Position numbers and translations under genes: made by a program. Under the pieces are notes generated by a model. It did not search any database. It saw only the letters and a list, made by a program, of their open reading frames with translations, and was not told the origin of the DNA. From the NCBI GenBank assembly GCA_963741095.1, contig CAVUGN010000001.1:79747-143746 (forward strand): a DNA stretch of 64,000 bases, written 5' to 3'. The first letter of the stretch is position 1. Every line of letters starts with the position of its first letter. This DNA is from an uncultured Candidatus Micrarchaeota archaeon. GTDB lineage: Archaea; Micrarchaeota; Micrarchaeia; Micrarchaeales; Micrarchaeaceae. Below, in pieces: positions 47,602-57,596 of the stretch.

Positions 47602-49329
47602 TTATTTTGATGTGAATATGAATGTCAATTTTTTCTCGTCGTCAAGTACGCAGTAACCGAACCTCTCAAACTGAACGATCTCATGGGCCTTCAGCTTCGA
47701 TGCGTAGCTCTCGACGTAACCTTCCACCGTCTTGAGGCTGTCCTTTCTGACGGTTTCGTCGTCATTCAACAGCTCTTCCGGGATGAGGACTGAGCATTTG
47801 ACATAATTGCCATCAGAAACCCATTGCATTATCTTGCCCTCTTGGGTTGAAGCGGCTTCTGCGGATACGTCGTTACCAGTCTCCGAGATTATCCTTAGAC
47901 CGACAAGATCTTTGAGCCGTACGAGCTCGCCTTTCTTCAGTGTGGATGCGTCCTCGCGGTCTATGTAGAAGATGTTGTTGGTGTGATATTCCCTGAATCC
48001 CACATCGTTAGATGGGTGCAGGCGCAGCTTCGCTTCGGTCTTTGGCGCGTCCTTGACCGTCACCTTGACTGGATCCCTGACGAAGAAGAGGTGCTTTGCT
48101 ATCGGATCTATAAGCTTCTTGTTCTCCGCAAGCAGCATGTCCATGCTCACAAGGCTGTCTGTCTTGCTCATCCCGAACCTGAGCACGAAATTTCGGATGG
48201 CTTCGGGTTGTATGCCCCTCCGCTTGAGCGCAACTATCGTCGTCAATCTCGGGTCGTCCCAGCCAGTGACCATCCCTTCTTTCACAAGCTTTCGAAGGAC
48301 CCTCTTCCCCGCGGCGGCACCTTTTATGTTGAGCCTTGCCTCATAAAGGAATCTTGGCGCCTTCAACCCCAAATCCGCGAGTATCTTTTTGTGAACGCTG
48401 TCCCATATCTCGTAATTCTTGTCTCGTATCGCGTCGGTCACGCCGTTGATGTTGTCCACAACCAGAGTGTTGATGTGATACGTGGGCCACACCACGTACT
48501 TGTCACCCTGCCGGAAGTGCTTTGTCTTCTTTATCCTGAAAAGGGTCGGGTCCCTGAACGCGGAATTGTCCGAGGCCATGTCACCCTTGAACCTTACGAT
48601 TGCTTGGCCTTCTTCGTACTTGCCTTTAAGCATGTCGCCGAAAAGGTTTAGGTTCTGCTCTATGGTCTGCGCCCGGTGGCCGCATTCCTTCTTCTCCAGC
48701 CTGTTCTTCTTCACCTCTTCGCCTCCGCAGAGACAGACGTAGGCATCGTTTTTCTGCATCAGCTTCTTGCCGGCGCCATAGACCTTCTCTATGAAGTCGC
48801 TGGCGTAGTATTCCCTGTCAAATTTCACGCCCAGCCAGGCGGTGTCCCTCTTCATCCCGTCCACGTATTCCTGCCTGCACTTCTCCGGATTGGTGTCATC
48901 AAAGTAAAGATACACTTTTCCCTTGTAGATCCTTGCGAACTCCGCGCTGAGCAGGCACTGTTTTGAATTGCCTATGGTCATGTAACCACCGGGCTCCGGA
49001 GGAAAACGTGTCACAACCTTTCCTTCTTCGGCGCCTTCGATTACCATCGCGGGCTTTGCGGTCTTCTCCGTCTTTTCCTTTGCCCTCTGCTCGAAGCCTT
49101 CCTTGAACGGAGCGTACTCCTTCTCAAGCTCCGCGGCGCTCATCGCGTTGACTTCATCCACAGCGGACTGTACCTCTGTTTTTATCTCAGGAACAGGTAT
49201 TCCCGGCAGGTCCTTTATCGCCTTGCCGATGACGTTCTCCATCTTGGCCTTTCCGTAGTCTATCGCGTTCTTCAGCGCGTATTTCCTTATGACCCCCTTT
49301 GCCGCTTTGTCCAGTTTCATCTGGTTCAC
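47602..49329 (-). CDS. gltX: glutamate--tRNA ligase (archaeal type)
   Basis: ALKNA..YGKA, RFPPEP, FDDTNP, GWDDPRL, RRGI, QFERFGY. Confidence 0.95.
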   Translation of the reverse strand: MNQMKLDKAAKGVIRKYALKNAIDYGKAKMENVIGKAIKDLPGIPVPEIKTEVQSAVDEVNAMSAAELEKEYAPFKEGFEQRAKEKTEKTAKPAMVIEGAEEGKVVTRFPPEPGGYMTIGNSKQCLLSAEFARIYKGKVYLYFDDTNPEKCRQEYVDGMKRDTAWLGVKFDREYYASDFIEKVYGAGKKLMQKNDAYVCLCGGEEVKKNRLEKKECGHRAQTIEQNLNLFGDMLKGKYEEGQAIVRFKGDMASDNSAFRDPTLFRIKKTKHFRQGDKYVVWPTYHINTLVVDNINGVTDAIRDKNYEIWDSVHKKILADLGLKAPRFLYEARLNIKGAAAGKRVLRKLVKEGMVTGWDDPRLTTIVALKRRGIQPEAIRNFVLRFGMSKTDSLVSMDMLLAENKKLIDPIAKHLFFVRDPVKVTVKDAPKTEAKLRLHPSNDVGFREYHTNNIFYIDREDASTLKKGELVRLKDLVGLRIISETGNDVSAEAASTQEGKIMQWVSDGNYVKCSVLIPEELLNDDETVRKDSLKTVEGYVESYASKLKAHEIVQFERFGYCVLDDEKKLTFIFTSK

Positions 49330-49934
49330 TAGGTAAGTCTCACACTGATCTGATTCCTGTAGACAGTGCCGTTTGTGGGGATGACCAGTGCGGAGATGCT
49401 CACGTTGACGAGTGTTCCGGGGGCCTTCAGGATGGTAACATTTGATATGGTGTAATTCTGATTCTTCAGGTGCGCGGTGATTGGATAGCCACCGTAGTAC
49501 AGCAGAACGTTCGATGGCAGCGAGAGGTCGATGTAGCTGGATGACACGTTCACCGCCACACTGTTGCTCAACGTGCTGCGGAGCAGTTCCTGTAGCGAAT
49601 AGGCATTGATCGTTGCGACCTGCACGTCATAGCTGCTGTTCGACGTCGGCAGTGCGCTGTATATGGAGCCGTTGGATTCTAATTTCGAGAATATCGTTGC
49701 AATCTGGCCGGTGGCTGCCGTGTTCGTCGAGAAGGTCACATAGGCCTCCGGGCCGTAGCCGATTATGTTGGCGACGGAGCTGCCGAATGCGGGTATGGTC
49801 TGCACGACGTTGACCGTGGTTGTCGATGTGGACGGGGCCACGCCGTTTCCGAACGACGCGTATGAAGAAAGGAATATCACGGCCACGAAGAGCGAGCCCA
49901 GGAAAAGAAAAATCTTTTTCTTGTTTTGATCCAT
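49329..49934 (-). CDS. membrane-anchored hypothetical protein
   Basis: Basic N-terminus plus TM, S/T/N-rich ectodomain. Confidence 0.65.
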   Translation of the reverse strand: MDQNKKKIFLFLGSLFVAVIFLSSYASFGNGVAPSTSTTTVNVVQTIPAFGSSVANIIGYGPEAYVTFSTNTAATGQIATIFSKLESNGSIYSALPTSNSSYDVQVATINAYSLQELLRSTLSNSVAVNVSSSYIDLSLPSNVLLYYGGYPITAHLKNQNYTISNVTILKAPGTLVNVSISALVIPTNGTVYRNQISVRLT

Positions 49935-50013
49935 AGAGGCACTATCTGTGTTTTTATAAATAAAAGCCTTTGTGTGGGACTTGGATGTTGGCTGCAGGAT
50001 GCATGAGCGGATG

Positions 50014-50646
50014 TCACTTGGTGTAGCTGCTCACTATCGATCCTGAAGAGTTGAGTATCGCAAACTGCGAATAGCCAGCACCGCTTGCGGTGTAGTTGAT
50101 GAACCATACGTTGAGGAAGGTCTTGTTCAGGGGCGTCATGTTGCTTTCGAGTATGGCGTAGAATCTCGCATGGACTGCGGTGTTGTTGTAGCCGTATGTG
50201 CTGACGTAGTTTGATATTGCGGCGGAACCGCTGTCGTAAGATTTCACTATCGCTATTGCCGGTGAGCTTATCACATAGGTGGGCAATGTGGACAGTCCGT
50301 ATATCGTGCAGTTAGATGTGTAGAGGTTGTCCACGCTAGGAACAAGCCCGGTGGCAGGATAATCGAAGCCCTCTATGAAGAGGGTCGGGCACGGCCTTGT
50401 GGCGTTGTACACCACGCTGAATATCATGCTGTAGCTGCCCGCGGACAGCGTGGAAGGAGTCACGTTTATTAGCGTCACGTCCGCGGTGGGGGCGTTGAGC
50501 TTCAAATCGGATATCACTGTCTGCGTGGCCTTTTGCGGAGTCATGATCGTTACTGGATTATTGAAGGCGCCGTAGATGTAGAATGCGATGCCTGCGATGA
50601 TTATGAAAACTACCACTGCAACAGCGACCTTTCCTAGCAGATCCAT
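50014..50646 (-). CDS. membrane-anchored hypothetical protein
   Basis: N-terminal TM; TRPCP...NC cysteine pair. Confidence 0.65.
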   Translation of the reverse strand: MDLLGKVAVAVVVFIIIAGIAFYIYGAFNNPVTIMTPQKATQTVISDLKLNAPTADVTLINVTPSTLSAGSYSMIFSVVYNATRPCPTLFIEGFDYPATGLVPSVDNLYTSNCTIYGLSTLPTYVISSPAIAIVKSYDSGSAAISNYVSTYGYNNTAVHARFYAILESNMTPLNKTFLNVWFINYTASGAGYSQFAILNSSGSIVSSYTK

Positions 50647-50695
50647 GATTGCCTTTGGCTGACAAAGAATATATAATTATCATTCAGGGAGAAAT

Positions 50696-51595
50696 TCACT
50701 GATTGCGGGACAGAAAGACCAGCAGCGCCTTTTCTATGTAAAGCTTGCTCTTCGCCTGGTCCCACACCACGCTTCTCTTGCCGTCCAGAACGTCCGAAGT
50801 TATCTCCTCGCCGCGGTGCGCCGGCAGCGGGTGCATCACAATGGCATCGCTCTTTGCAAACGCAAGCATTCTCTGGTTGACCTGGTAGGGCGCGAACAGT
50901 TTGTTTCTCTGCTCCGCTTCCGCTTCGTCGCCCATGCTAACGAAGGTGTCCGTGTACACCACATCGGCATCCTTCAAGCCCTCCCTCAGTGCATTGTGGA
51001 TTTCGACTTTTCCGTACTTCTTCGCTTTGTTGTAGAAAGATTCGTTCGGCATGCTGCCATTCGGACCGACCAATGACATGCTTGCGCCCAACTTTGTAGC
51101 GGTCAGCATGAGCGAGTTGGCGGTGTTCTGCGCTATGTCGCCGACGAACGCGATCTTCAGCCCTTTCAGTGATTTCTTGTGCTTCATTATCGTGTAGACA
51201 TCGGCAAGCGCCTGCGTGGGGTGCTCCAGATGCGTCAGCGCGTTTATGACCGGAACCGATGAGCTTTTCGCGATGGTGAGGACGTCCTTGTGCTCGTTCG
51301 TTCTTACCGCTATGAAATCGCAGTAGCCGCTCAGGACCTTTGATGTGTCTTCAAGGGTCTCGCCACGTTTCATCTGCGAGGTCTTGGTGTCTATGTACAC
51401 GGCGCTGCCGCCGAGCTGCGCCATCGCAACCTCGAACGAGACCCTTGTGCGGGTCGAGGACTCCGAGAACAGGAGCGCAAGGACCGAATGCTCCTTTATC
51501 GGCTTCTTGATCTTTCCGTTCTCCAGCCTGTCGGCGATCGAGAACACTTCGATCATCTGCTCCTTTGAAAGGTCGTTCGAGCTTAGGAAGTTCAT
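50696..51595 (-). CDS. argF: ornithine carbamoyltransferase
   Basis: SSTRTR, HPTQ, DTFVSMG (ornithine-binding SMG), HPLPAHRGEE; ATG at 51595. Confidence 0.9.
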   Translation of the reverse strand: MNFLSSNDLSKEQMIEVFSIADRLENGKIKKPIKEHSVLALLFSESSTRTRVSFEVAMAQLGGSAVYIDTKTSQMKRGETLEDTSKVLSGYCDFIAVRTNEHKDVLTIAKSSSVPVINALTHLEHPTQALADVYTIMKHKKSLKGLKIAFVGDIAQNTANSLMLTATKLGASMSLVGPNGSMPNESFYNKAKKYGKVEIHNALREGLKDADVVYTDTFVSMGDEAEAEQRNKLFAPYQVNQRMLAFAKSDAIVMHPLPAHRGEEITSDVLDGKRSVVWDQAKSKLYIEKALLVFLSRNQ

Positions 51596-51943
51596 TTTCG
51601 CACCACGCAATGCTTGACGGCAAGGGGATTCGCCACCTTCTTGCCGTAAAGTGCAAAGCAATTCACTATTATAAGGTCTACTATCGCCCGTAGCCTTGTG
51701 AACATTTGCTCCGTTAACATTTTTTGTTGGATCCATCGTACCACATCGGTTAGCAGCAGCTTGCACTGGAATTGTTATTATGATTTTATTCACAAATAAT
51801 ACGGATGTTTGTATATTTGTAACAAATGAAACAGCGTTGTAATTTGATTGCACCCGAGAGGAGATCGCAGGCGCTTTGGAGTAGAGTAGTACCTAACGAG
51901 AGCAATAGACGGCAACGTGCGCCCCGGTGCCATGCACGCGGAT

Positions 51944-52486
51944 TCATGACCTTATGAATTTATTTTCGCGCCGAAAGTACTTGACGTGGATGAAATTCCT
52001 CATGTTTCTGTCCTGAAGCGCAAAGTAGACCACTATTATAAGATCAATTATTATCGCGATGTGCATTACGGTGCAGTAGGCGCACAGCGCCTTGAGCTGG
52101 AACAGTTCCAAGTATATCAGGTAAGCGGCCGTGGCGATGCCGAAGAGCCGCCATGCCAAGAGCCCCTTGAACGTGTTCTTGTAATTCTTCTTGCTGCCGA
52201 AGCACACCAGGTAGACCAGTGCGATGTTGACGATGAAGTAGACACAGGCAAGCGCATCCAGTGGCACGCCGAACACCGAGCTGTAGGCGCTGCCGAGTAC
52301 GCTCTCGCAGTTGATTGCAAAGGTGGCCGATGCCACATTGATCGAAGTCGGTGTGGCGCAGAACGGGAGCGGGCTCTTCGCAGCGTAGAACACGAGAAGA
52401 ATCGTGAACGATGCGATCAATCCGAGGATCGACATCGAGATTAGCAGGAGCAACCTTGTGATATTTATTTTCGTAGCACCACCCAT
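51944..52486 (-). CDS. vitamin K epoxide reductase (VKOR) family disulfide-forming membrane protein
   Basis: FC...INCESVL.S.YS..FGVP and CAYC redox motif with TM helices; start uncertain. Confidence 0.88.
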   Translation of the reverse strand: MGGATKINITRLLLLISMSILGLIASFTILLVFYAAKSPLPFCATPTSINVASATFAINCESVLGSAYSSVFGVPLDALACVYFIVNIALVYLVCFGSKKNYKNTFKGLLAWRLFGIATAAYLIYLELFQLKALCAYCTVMHIAIIIDLIIVVYFALQDRNMRNFIHVKYFRRENKFIRS

Positions 52487-52539
52487 GTTTTGCATCTGAA
52501 ATTGCCGCAAAGGCATGAGCGCATGCCGCAAATGGTTCC

Positions 52540-52998
52540 TCAGCCTCCGAAGATTGAGCCGAAGCCCGCGGCGGCCTTGTCCTCCTCTGCCTTGATTATG
52601 CTTATGACTTTTTCTTCTTCGCCTTTAGTGGCCCTCTTCACGGTTTTGAATTCCAGCTTGAAGCGCTCCTCCGCCAGCGTGAGGAACTGTTCGTTCGAGT
52701 CCAGGTAGAGATAGGACTTGTTGCTGTCCAAGTTCACTGTCGCGCCGTCCCTGAAGCTGTAGCCCTGCCTCGCGAATATGACGTTTGCGTACTTGTCCTC
52801 GTGGAGCTTCCTGATGGCTTCCTTCGATTTTTCCTCCTCTTCCTTCATCTTCTTCTTGTCCTCGTCGCTCATCATTTTCAGTGCTGCCTCGCTCTTTGCG
52901 GGAGGCACCAGCTTAGGATCAAGATAGGGATCGTACTCGAGCACCTTCTTCAGCGCTTCCGCCTCCGACTTGTCGCATTCGTAGACTCTGGCAACCAT
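52540..52998 (-). CDS. hypothetical protein
   Basis: 152-aa ORF downstream of rps8e, ends AAGFGSIFGG. Confidence 0.7.
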   Translation of the reverse strand: MVARVYECDKSEAEALKKVLEYDPYLDPKLVPPAKSEAALKMMSDEDKKKMKEEEEKSKEAIRKLHEDKYANVIFARQGYSFRDGATVNLDSNKSYLYLDSNEQFLTLAEERFKLEFKTVKRATKGEEEKVISIIKAEEDKAAAGFGSIFGG

Positions 52999-53008
52999 GC
53001 TAAAACCC

Positions 53009-53401
53009 TTAGATCAGTCTCGCGTTGACGCAGCCCTCCCTGCCCGGCCTGTTCAGGACGACCGCGTTGCCGAGTTCGGTGCTTATGACCGTGCCCTTCG
53101 TGATTATGTTCTGCCTCGCGAAGTTCCTGTTGTCCTTGGACTCGACTATGCCGGTTATCTTCGCGCTCTTGTAGCCCGTCTTTGTCAGGATGTTCGCGAC
53201 CGCGGCGCGCTTCAGCTTGACGTCGACGTTGCCACCGCGCCTCCTTACGCTGGCGACCATGGTCTTGTCGGTGAGCTTCGTGGCGGAGAAATAGCCGCCG
53301 ACTTCGCGTCTTCGCTTGCCCCTTGCTTTTATCTTCCTCTTGCCGTTCCCTATGACCTTCGTCTTTGAACGCGCGTGTAGTTGAACACCAAACTGGCTCA
53401 T
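53009..53401 (-). CDS. rps8e: 30S ribosomal protein eS8
   Basis: RRRGGNV, RQNIITKG.VI.TELG.A.V..RPGREG.VNA. Confidence 0.95.
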   Translation of the reverse strand: MSQFGVQLHARSKTKVIGNGKRKIKARGKRRREVGGYFSATKLTDKTMVASVRRRGGNVDVKLKRAAVANILTKTGYKSAKITGIVESKDNRNFARQNIITKGTVISTELGNAVVLNRPGREGCVNARLI

Positions 53402-53465
53402 GTTATCACTTTATTAGTTTGGGATAGATAACATTTTAACCTTATCTGGAAGGTTTGTGGTTCTG

Positions 53466-53792
53466 ATGGTCACGATAGCGGAATTCGGGGCAGTGGAGTT
53501 GAGGGTCGGGCGGATAATAGAAGTGCAGGATCTCGCAGCGGCGAGGAAGCCGATGTACCAGACCCGGATAGACCTGGGGGAGCTCGGGATAAAGAACATA
53601 GCGATGGGTCTGAAGGCTTACTACACTAAAGAGGAACTGATGAACAAGCTCGTGATAGTCGTGTGCAACCTCGACCCGAAGAACGTCGCCGGATTCGTGT
53701 CCGAAGGCATGGTCCTGGCGGCTCAGGATGGCGAGAGGGTATCGCTGGTCACTCCGGACAAGGAGCTGGCTCCGGGAAGCAAGGTCGCCTGA
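53466..53792 (+). CDS. stand-alone tRNA-binding OB-fold protein (Trbp111/CsaA, MetRS C-terminal-like)
   Basis: ELRVGRI, IDLG, CNLDPK..AGFVSEGMVLAA, PGSKV. Confidence 0.88.
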   Translation: MVTIAEFGAVELRVGRIIEVQDLAAARKPMYQTRIDLGELGIKNIAMGLKAYYTKEELMNKLVIVVCNLDPKNVAGFVSEGMVLAAQDGERVSLVTPDKELAPGSKVA

Positions 53793-53796
53793 GGAT

Positions 53797-55089
53797 TCAT
53801 CGGATTTTGTCCAGTGCCTGGTCTATGTCTTCTATTATGTCGTCGACGCTCTCCAGCCCGATTGACAGCCTCACCAGATCCGGGGTGATCCCTGCCCCGA
53901 GGAGGGCCTTGTCCGATAGCTGGCTGTGCGTCGTGCTTGCCGGATGCAGCGCAAGGCTCTTGGCATCCCCGACATTTGCCAGGTGTGAAAACAGTTCCAG
54001 ATTCTCTATGAACTCCTCCCCTGCTTTGCGCCCTCCCTTGATCCCGAACACGATCATGCCGCCGTAGCCGTTCTTCAGGTACTTCTTTGCGTTGCGGTGG
54101 GTCGGATGGGTGTCGAGCCCGGGGTATCTGGCCCAGCTGACCTTGTCGTGCGATTCCAGATGCTCCGCGACCTTTGCCGCGTTCTCGCAGTGCCGCTGCA
54201 TCCTCACGGGCAGGGACTCGAGCCCCTGTATGAATATCCATGAGTTGTCGGGGCTGATGCAGGCTCCGAGGTTCCTCAGGGGTACCAGCCGCGCCCTGGT
54301 TATGTAAGCAAGCGGCGCCATTTCACCGAGATCGTAAGCGTACCTCATCCCGTGGTAGCTTTGATCCGGTTCCGTGAGCAATGGATGCTTCTTCGATTTT
54401 CCCCAGTCGAATTTGCCGGAGTCCACGATGGCGCCTCCGATCGCGGTCCCGTGCCCGCCTATCCACTTGCTGAGCGAATGGACGACGATGTCCGCGCCGT
54501 GCTCTATGGGCCTGAGAAGGAATGGGGTCGTGAACGTGCTGTCGATTATGTACGGTATGCCATGTTCATGGGCAATGTCCGCAAGTGCCTTGTAATCAGG
54601 AACGTTGAGCGCGGAGTTGCCTATCGATTCGCTGTAGATGGCCTTCGTCTTGTCGTTGATTGCCTTTTTGCAGTTGTCCGGATCTGTCGGGTCCACGAAT
54701 CTCGCGTTTATGCCAAGGTCCGGGAGTATGTTGTTGAACTGCGTGAACGTCCCGCCGTACAGGTCGTTGGCAGAGACGATCTCGTCGCCGACGCGCGCCA
54801 GGTTTATCACGCTGTAGAATATCGCTGCGGTCCCCGACGCGACGGCCAATGCACCGACTCCGCCTTCGAGTTCCGTAAGCCTCTTCTCAAGGACTTCGGT
54901 TGTCGGATTCATCATTCGCGTGTAGATGTTTCCTGGTTCCTTGAGCCCGAACAGGTTCGCTGCGTGCGCCGAGTTCTTGAAGAGGTAACTGTTCGTCCGG
55001 TACACTGGAACCGCTCTTGACAGCGTCGTCGGCTCTATTGTCTGCCCCGCGTGCAGAGCCTTTGTCTCGAATCGTGTTTTCTTGGGCAT
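53797..55089 (-). CDS. metY: O-acetylhomoserine aminocarboxypropyltransferase (sulfhydrylase)
   Basis: [27 protein letters not shown] (PLP lysine), [23 protein letters not shown]. Confidence 0.93.
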   Translation of the reverse strand: MPKKTRFETKALHAGQTIEPTTLSRAVPVYRTNSYLFKNSAHAANLFGLKEPGNIYTRMMNPTTEVLEKRLTELEGGVGALAVASGTAAIFYSVINLARVGDEIVSANDLYGGTFTQFNNILPDLGINARFVDPTDPDNCKKAINDKTKAIYSESIGNSALNVPDYKALADIAHEHGIPYIIDSTFTTPFLLRPIEHGADIVVHSLSKWIGGHGTAIGGAIVDSGKFDWGKSKKHPLLTEPDQSYHGMRYAYDLGEMAPLAYITRARLVPLRNLGACISPDNSWIFIQGLESLPVRMQRHCENAAKVAEHLESHDKVSWARYPGLDTHPTHRNAKKYLKNGYGGMIVFGIKGGRKAGEEFIENLELFSHLANVGDAKSLALHPASTTHSQLSDKALLGAGITPDLVRLSIGLESVDDIIEDIDQALDKIR

Positions 55090-55093
55090 ACGC

Positions 55094-56011
55094 TCACTTT
55101 ATCTTCTTCAGGTCGTACGGCGTCTCTTCGTAAACGTAGTAGTTGAGCCAGTTGCAGTACAACAGGTTCGCGTGCGCCCTCCATGAGAGGATCGGCTCCT
55201 TCGACGGGTCGTCGTCCGGGAAGTAATTCCTGGGGACCTTTATCTTTAGCCCTTTCGCGATATCGCGTTCGTACTCCGTTTTCAGCGTGTTGGAGTCGTA
55301 CTCCGAATGCCCGGTGACGAAGAACTGCTTGCCGTCCCTCCTACCGACGATGTAGATTCCCGATTCCTCCGATTCCGACAGGATCTCGAGCTCCGGAACC
55401 TTTGCGATGTCCTGTTTCCTTATCTCGGTGTACCTCGATTGGGGGACGTTGAAGAGATCGTCGAAGCCCCTGAGCAGCTTGACGTGCTTCCTGTTGATCG
55501 TGTGCCGGAAAACCCCGGACATCTTTTCCTTCAAGGGATATTTGTTGATCCCGTAGTGGTGGTAAAGCCCGGCCTGCGCAGCCCAGCATATGTAGAAGGT
55601 CGAGAACACGTTCTGCGTGCTCCAGTCCATCAATTCTTCCAATTCCTTCCAGTATTCGACCTGCTCGAACTCCATGGTTTCGACAGGCGCTCCGGTGATT
55701 ATCAACCCGTCGAACTTCTGGTCTTTGACATCCTCGAAATGCTTGTAGAACGAGATGAGGTGGTCCTCGGAGGTGTGGGTGGATTTGTGGCTTTTCGGGT
55801 GCAGGAAGGTGATGTTCGTCTGTATCGGGGAGTTTCCGATGAGCCGCAGTATCTGGATCTCCGTTGTGATTTTGTCTGGCATCAGGTTCATTATCGCTAT
55901 CTCCAAGGGCCTTATGTCCTGATGAATCGCTCTGGCTTGGGTTATTACGAAGATGTTCTCCTCTTCGAGCACCTTGGTAGCGGGCAAACGATTTGGAATG
56001 TTTATCGGCAG
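55094..56011 (-). CDS. metA: homoserine O-acetyltransferase, MetA family; probable CTG start
   Basis: (M)[29 protein letters not shown] (Glu, acetyl type), ICWAAQA, TGHSEY. Confidence 0.93.
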   Translation of the reverse strand: MPINIPNRLPATKVLEEENIFVITQARAIHQDIRPLEIAIMNLMPDKITTEIQILRLIGNSPIQTNITFLHPKSHKSTHTSEDHLISFYKHFEDVKDQKFDGLIITGAPVETMEFEQVEYWKELEELMDWSTQNVFSTFYICWAAQAGLYHHYGINKYPLKEKMSGVFRHTINRKHVKLLRGFDDLFNVPQSRYTEIRKQDIAKVPELEILSESEESGIYIVGRRDGKQFFVTGHSEYDSNTLKTEYERDIAKGLKIKVPRNYFPDDDPSKEPILSWRAHANLLYCNWLNYYVYEETPYDLKKIK

Positions 56012-56028
56012 ATTACCATCCTCTCTTT

Positions 56029-57498
56029 TTATTTCGTCAGAACTTTCTCGAACAGCATCTTACCCCTCTTCGGCTTCCCCGTGAAGGGCTTGAACTTGCA
56101 GTCCTTCAGTGTTCCCATTTCGACGCCGAGCTGCTGCGCGATGCTCTGCGCGGTCTCGGGCATGAACGGGTAAAGTAGTATTGAGCATACCCTGCACGCC
56201 TCGAGGAGGTTGTACAGCGCGTTCGACATCTCTGCCCCTTTGAGGCTCCAGACCTTGTTGTCGTTTATGTACTTGTTCGATGCCCTTATGAGGGACCATA
56301 TCTTTTCGAGCGCGCCGTAAAAATCAAGCCGTTCCATGGATTCGTCGATGCCCACAACGTCGAGGTGCTTCTCCAGCTCCGCGTTTCCGTCAAACTTCCC
56401 GTCAAACTTTTCTGCCAGGGTCAGGACCCGATAGACGAGATTGCCCAGATCCGCGACCAGCTCACCGTTTATTCTTGCCCTGAGCGATTCCTCCGAGAAA
56501 TCCCCGTCCTCGCCAAAGGGCATCTCCCGCATGAGGAAGTACCGTATCGCATCGACGGAATACTTGCCTGACAGGCCTATCGGATCGACAAAGTTGCCCA
56601 GCGATTTGCTCATCTTCTTGCCTTCTGACGTCCACCAGCCATGCGCAAATATCATGGCGGGCAATTCTATGCCAGCGGACATCAGCATCGCCGGCCATAT
56701 GACCGAGTGGAACCAGTTTATCTCCTTGCCGATGATGTGCACATCGGCTGGCCAGAAGACGCTGAAGGTGCCTTCGGGCCACCCAAGAGCGCTTATGTAA
56801 TTTATCAGAGCATCGACCCAAACGTAGACAAAATGGTCTTTGTCTCCGGGGAAAGGCACCGCCCATTTGACCGTGGTTCTCGTCATGCTGACGTCCTTGA
56901 GGCCGCCCTTGACTCTGTTGATCACCTCCTGCCTCCTCAATTTCGGGGACAGGAAATTCTCGTTCTTGTCATAGAGTTCGAGAAGCCGATCCTGATACTT
57001 GCTGAGCTTGAAAAAGTAGGAATCCTCCTTCACTTTTTTAACCTCGCGACCGCAGTCCGGGCATTTGCCATCCTTCAGTTGAAGCTCCGTGAAAAAAGTC
57101 TCGTCAGGCACGCAGTACCAGCCCTCGTATTGCCCCTTGTACACGTCGCCGTTCTCTACCAGCTTGCCTATGAACCTTGCAACGGCATCGAGATGCTCGG
57201 GATCGGTAGTCCTTATGAACTTGTCGTAGGAGATGTTCAGCTTCTTCCATGCCTCTCTGTAGCGCTGCGAGATCTTGTCCACGAACGCCTTTGGCTCTTC
57301 CTTGGCAGCGTCCGCAGCCTTCTGCACCTTCTCGCCGTGCTCGTCCGTTCCGGTGAGGAAGAAGACTCTCTCACCACGCATCCTGTGCCACCTGGCGATT
57401 ATGTCTGCGGCAACCGTGGGGTAGGTGTTGCCTATGTGCGGCGCGTCCGTGACATAGTATATCGGTGTTGTTACGTAGAATTTTCCTGGCTTGTCCAT
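56029..57498 (-). CDS. metG: methionine--tRNA ligase, short form lacking the C-terminal tRNA-binding domain
   Basis: [44 protein letters not shown]. Confidence 0.96.
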   Translation of the reverse strand: MDKPGKFYVTTPIYYVTDAPHIGNTYPTVAADIIARWHRMRGERVFFLTGTDEHGEKVQKAADAAKEEPKAFVDKISQRYREAWKKLNISYDKFIRTTDPEHLDAVARFIGKLVENGDVYKGQYEGWYCVPDETFFTELQLKDGKCPDCGREVKKVKEDSYFFKLSKYQDRLLELYDKNENFLSPKLRRQEVINRVKGGLKDVSMTRTTVKWAVPFPGDKDHFVYVWVDALINYISALGWPEGTFSVFWPADVHIIGKEINWFHSVIWPAMLMSAGIELPAMIFAHGWWTSEGKKMSKSLGNFVDPIGLSGKYSVDAIRYFLMREMPFGEDGDFSEESLRARINGELVADLGNLVYRVLTLAEKFDGKFDGNAELEKHLDVVGIDESMERLDFYGALEKIWSLIRASNKYINDNKVWSLKGAEMSNALYNLLEACRVCSILLYPFMPETAQSIAQQLGVEMGTLKDCKFKPFTGKPKRGKMLFEKVLTK

Positions 57499-57596
57499 CT
57501 TAGCACATCGGAGCTTTCCGGTACAGTTCCCTTATTCATTCTGCAAGGGTGGTTAATAATAATTTCGTTGCCCCTATATATGCTCTGGGGGTATTG

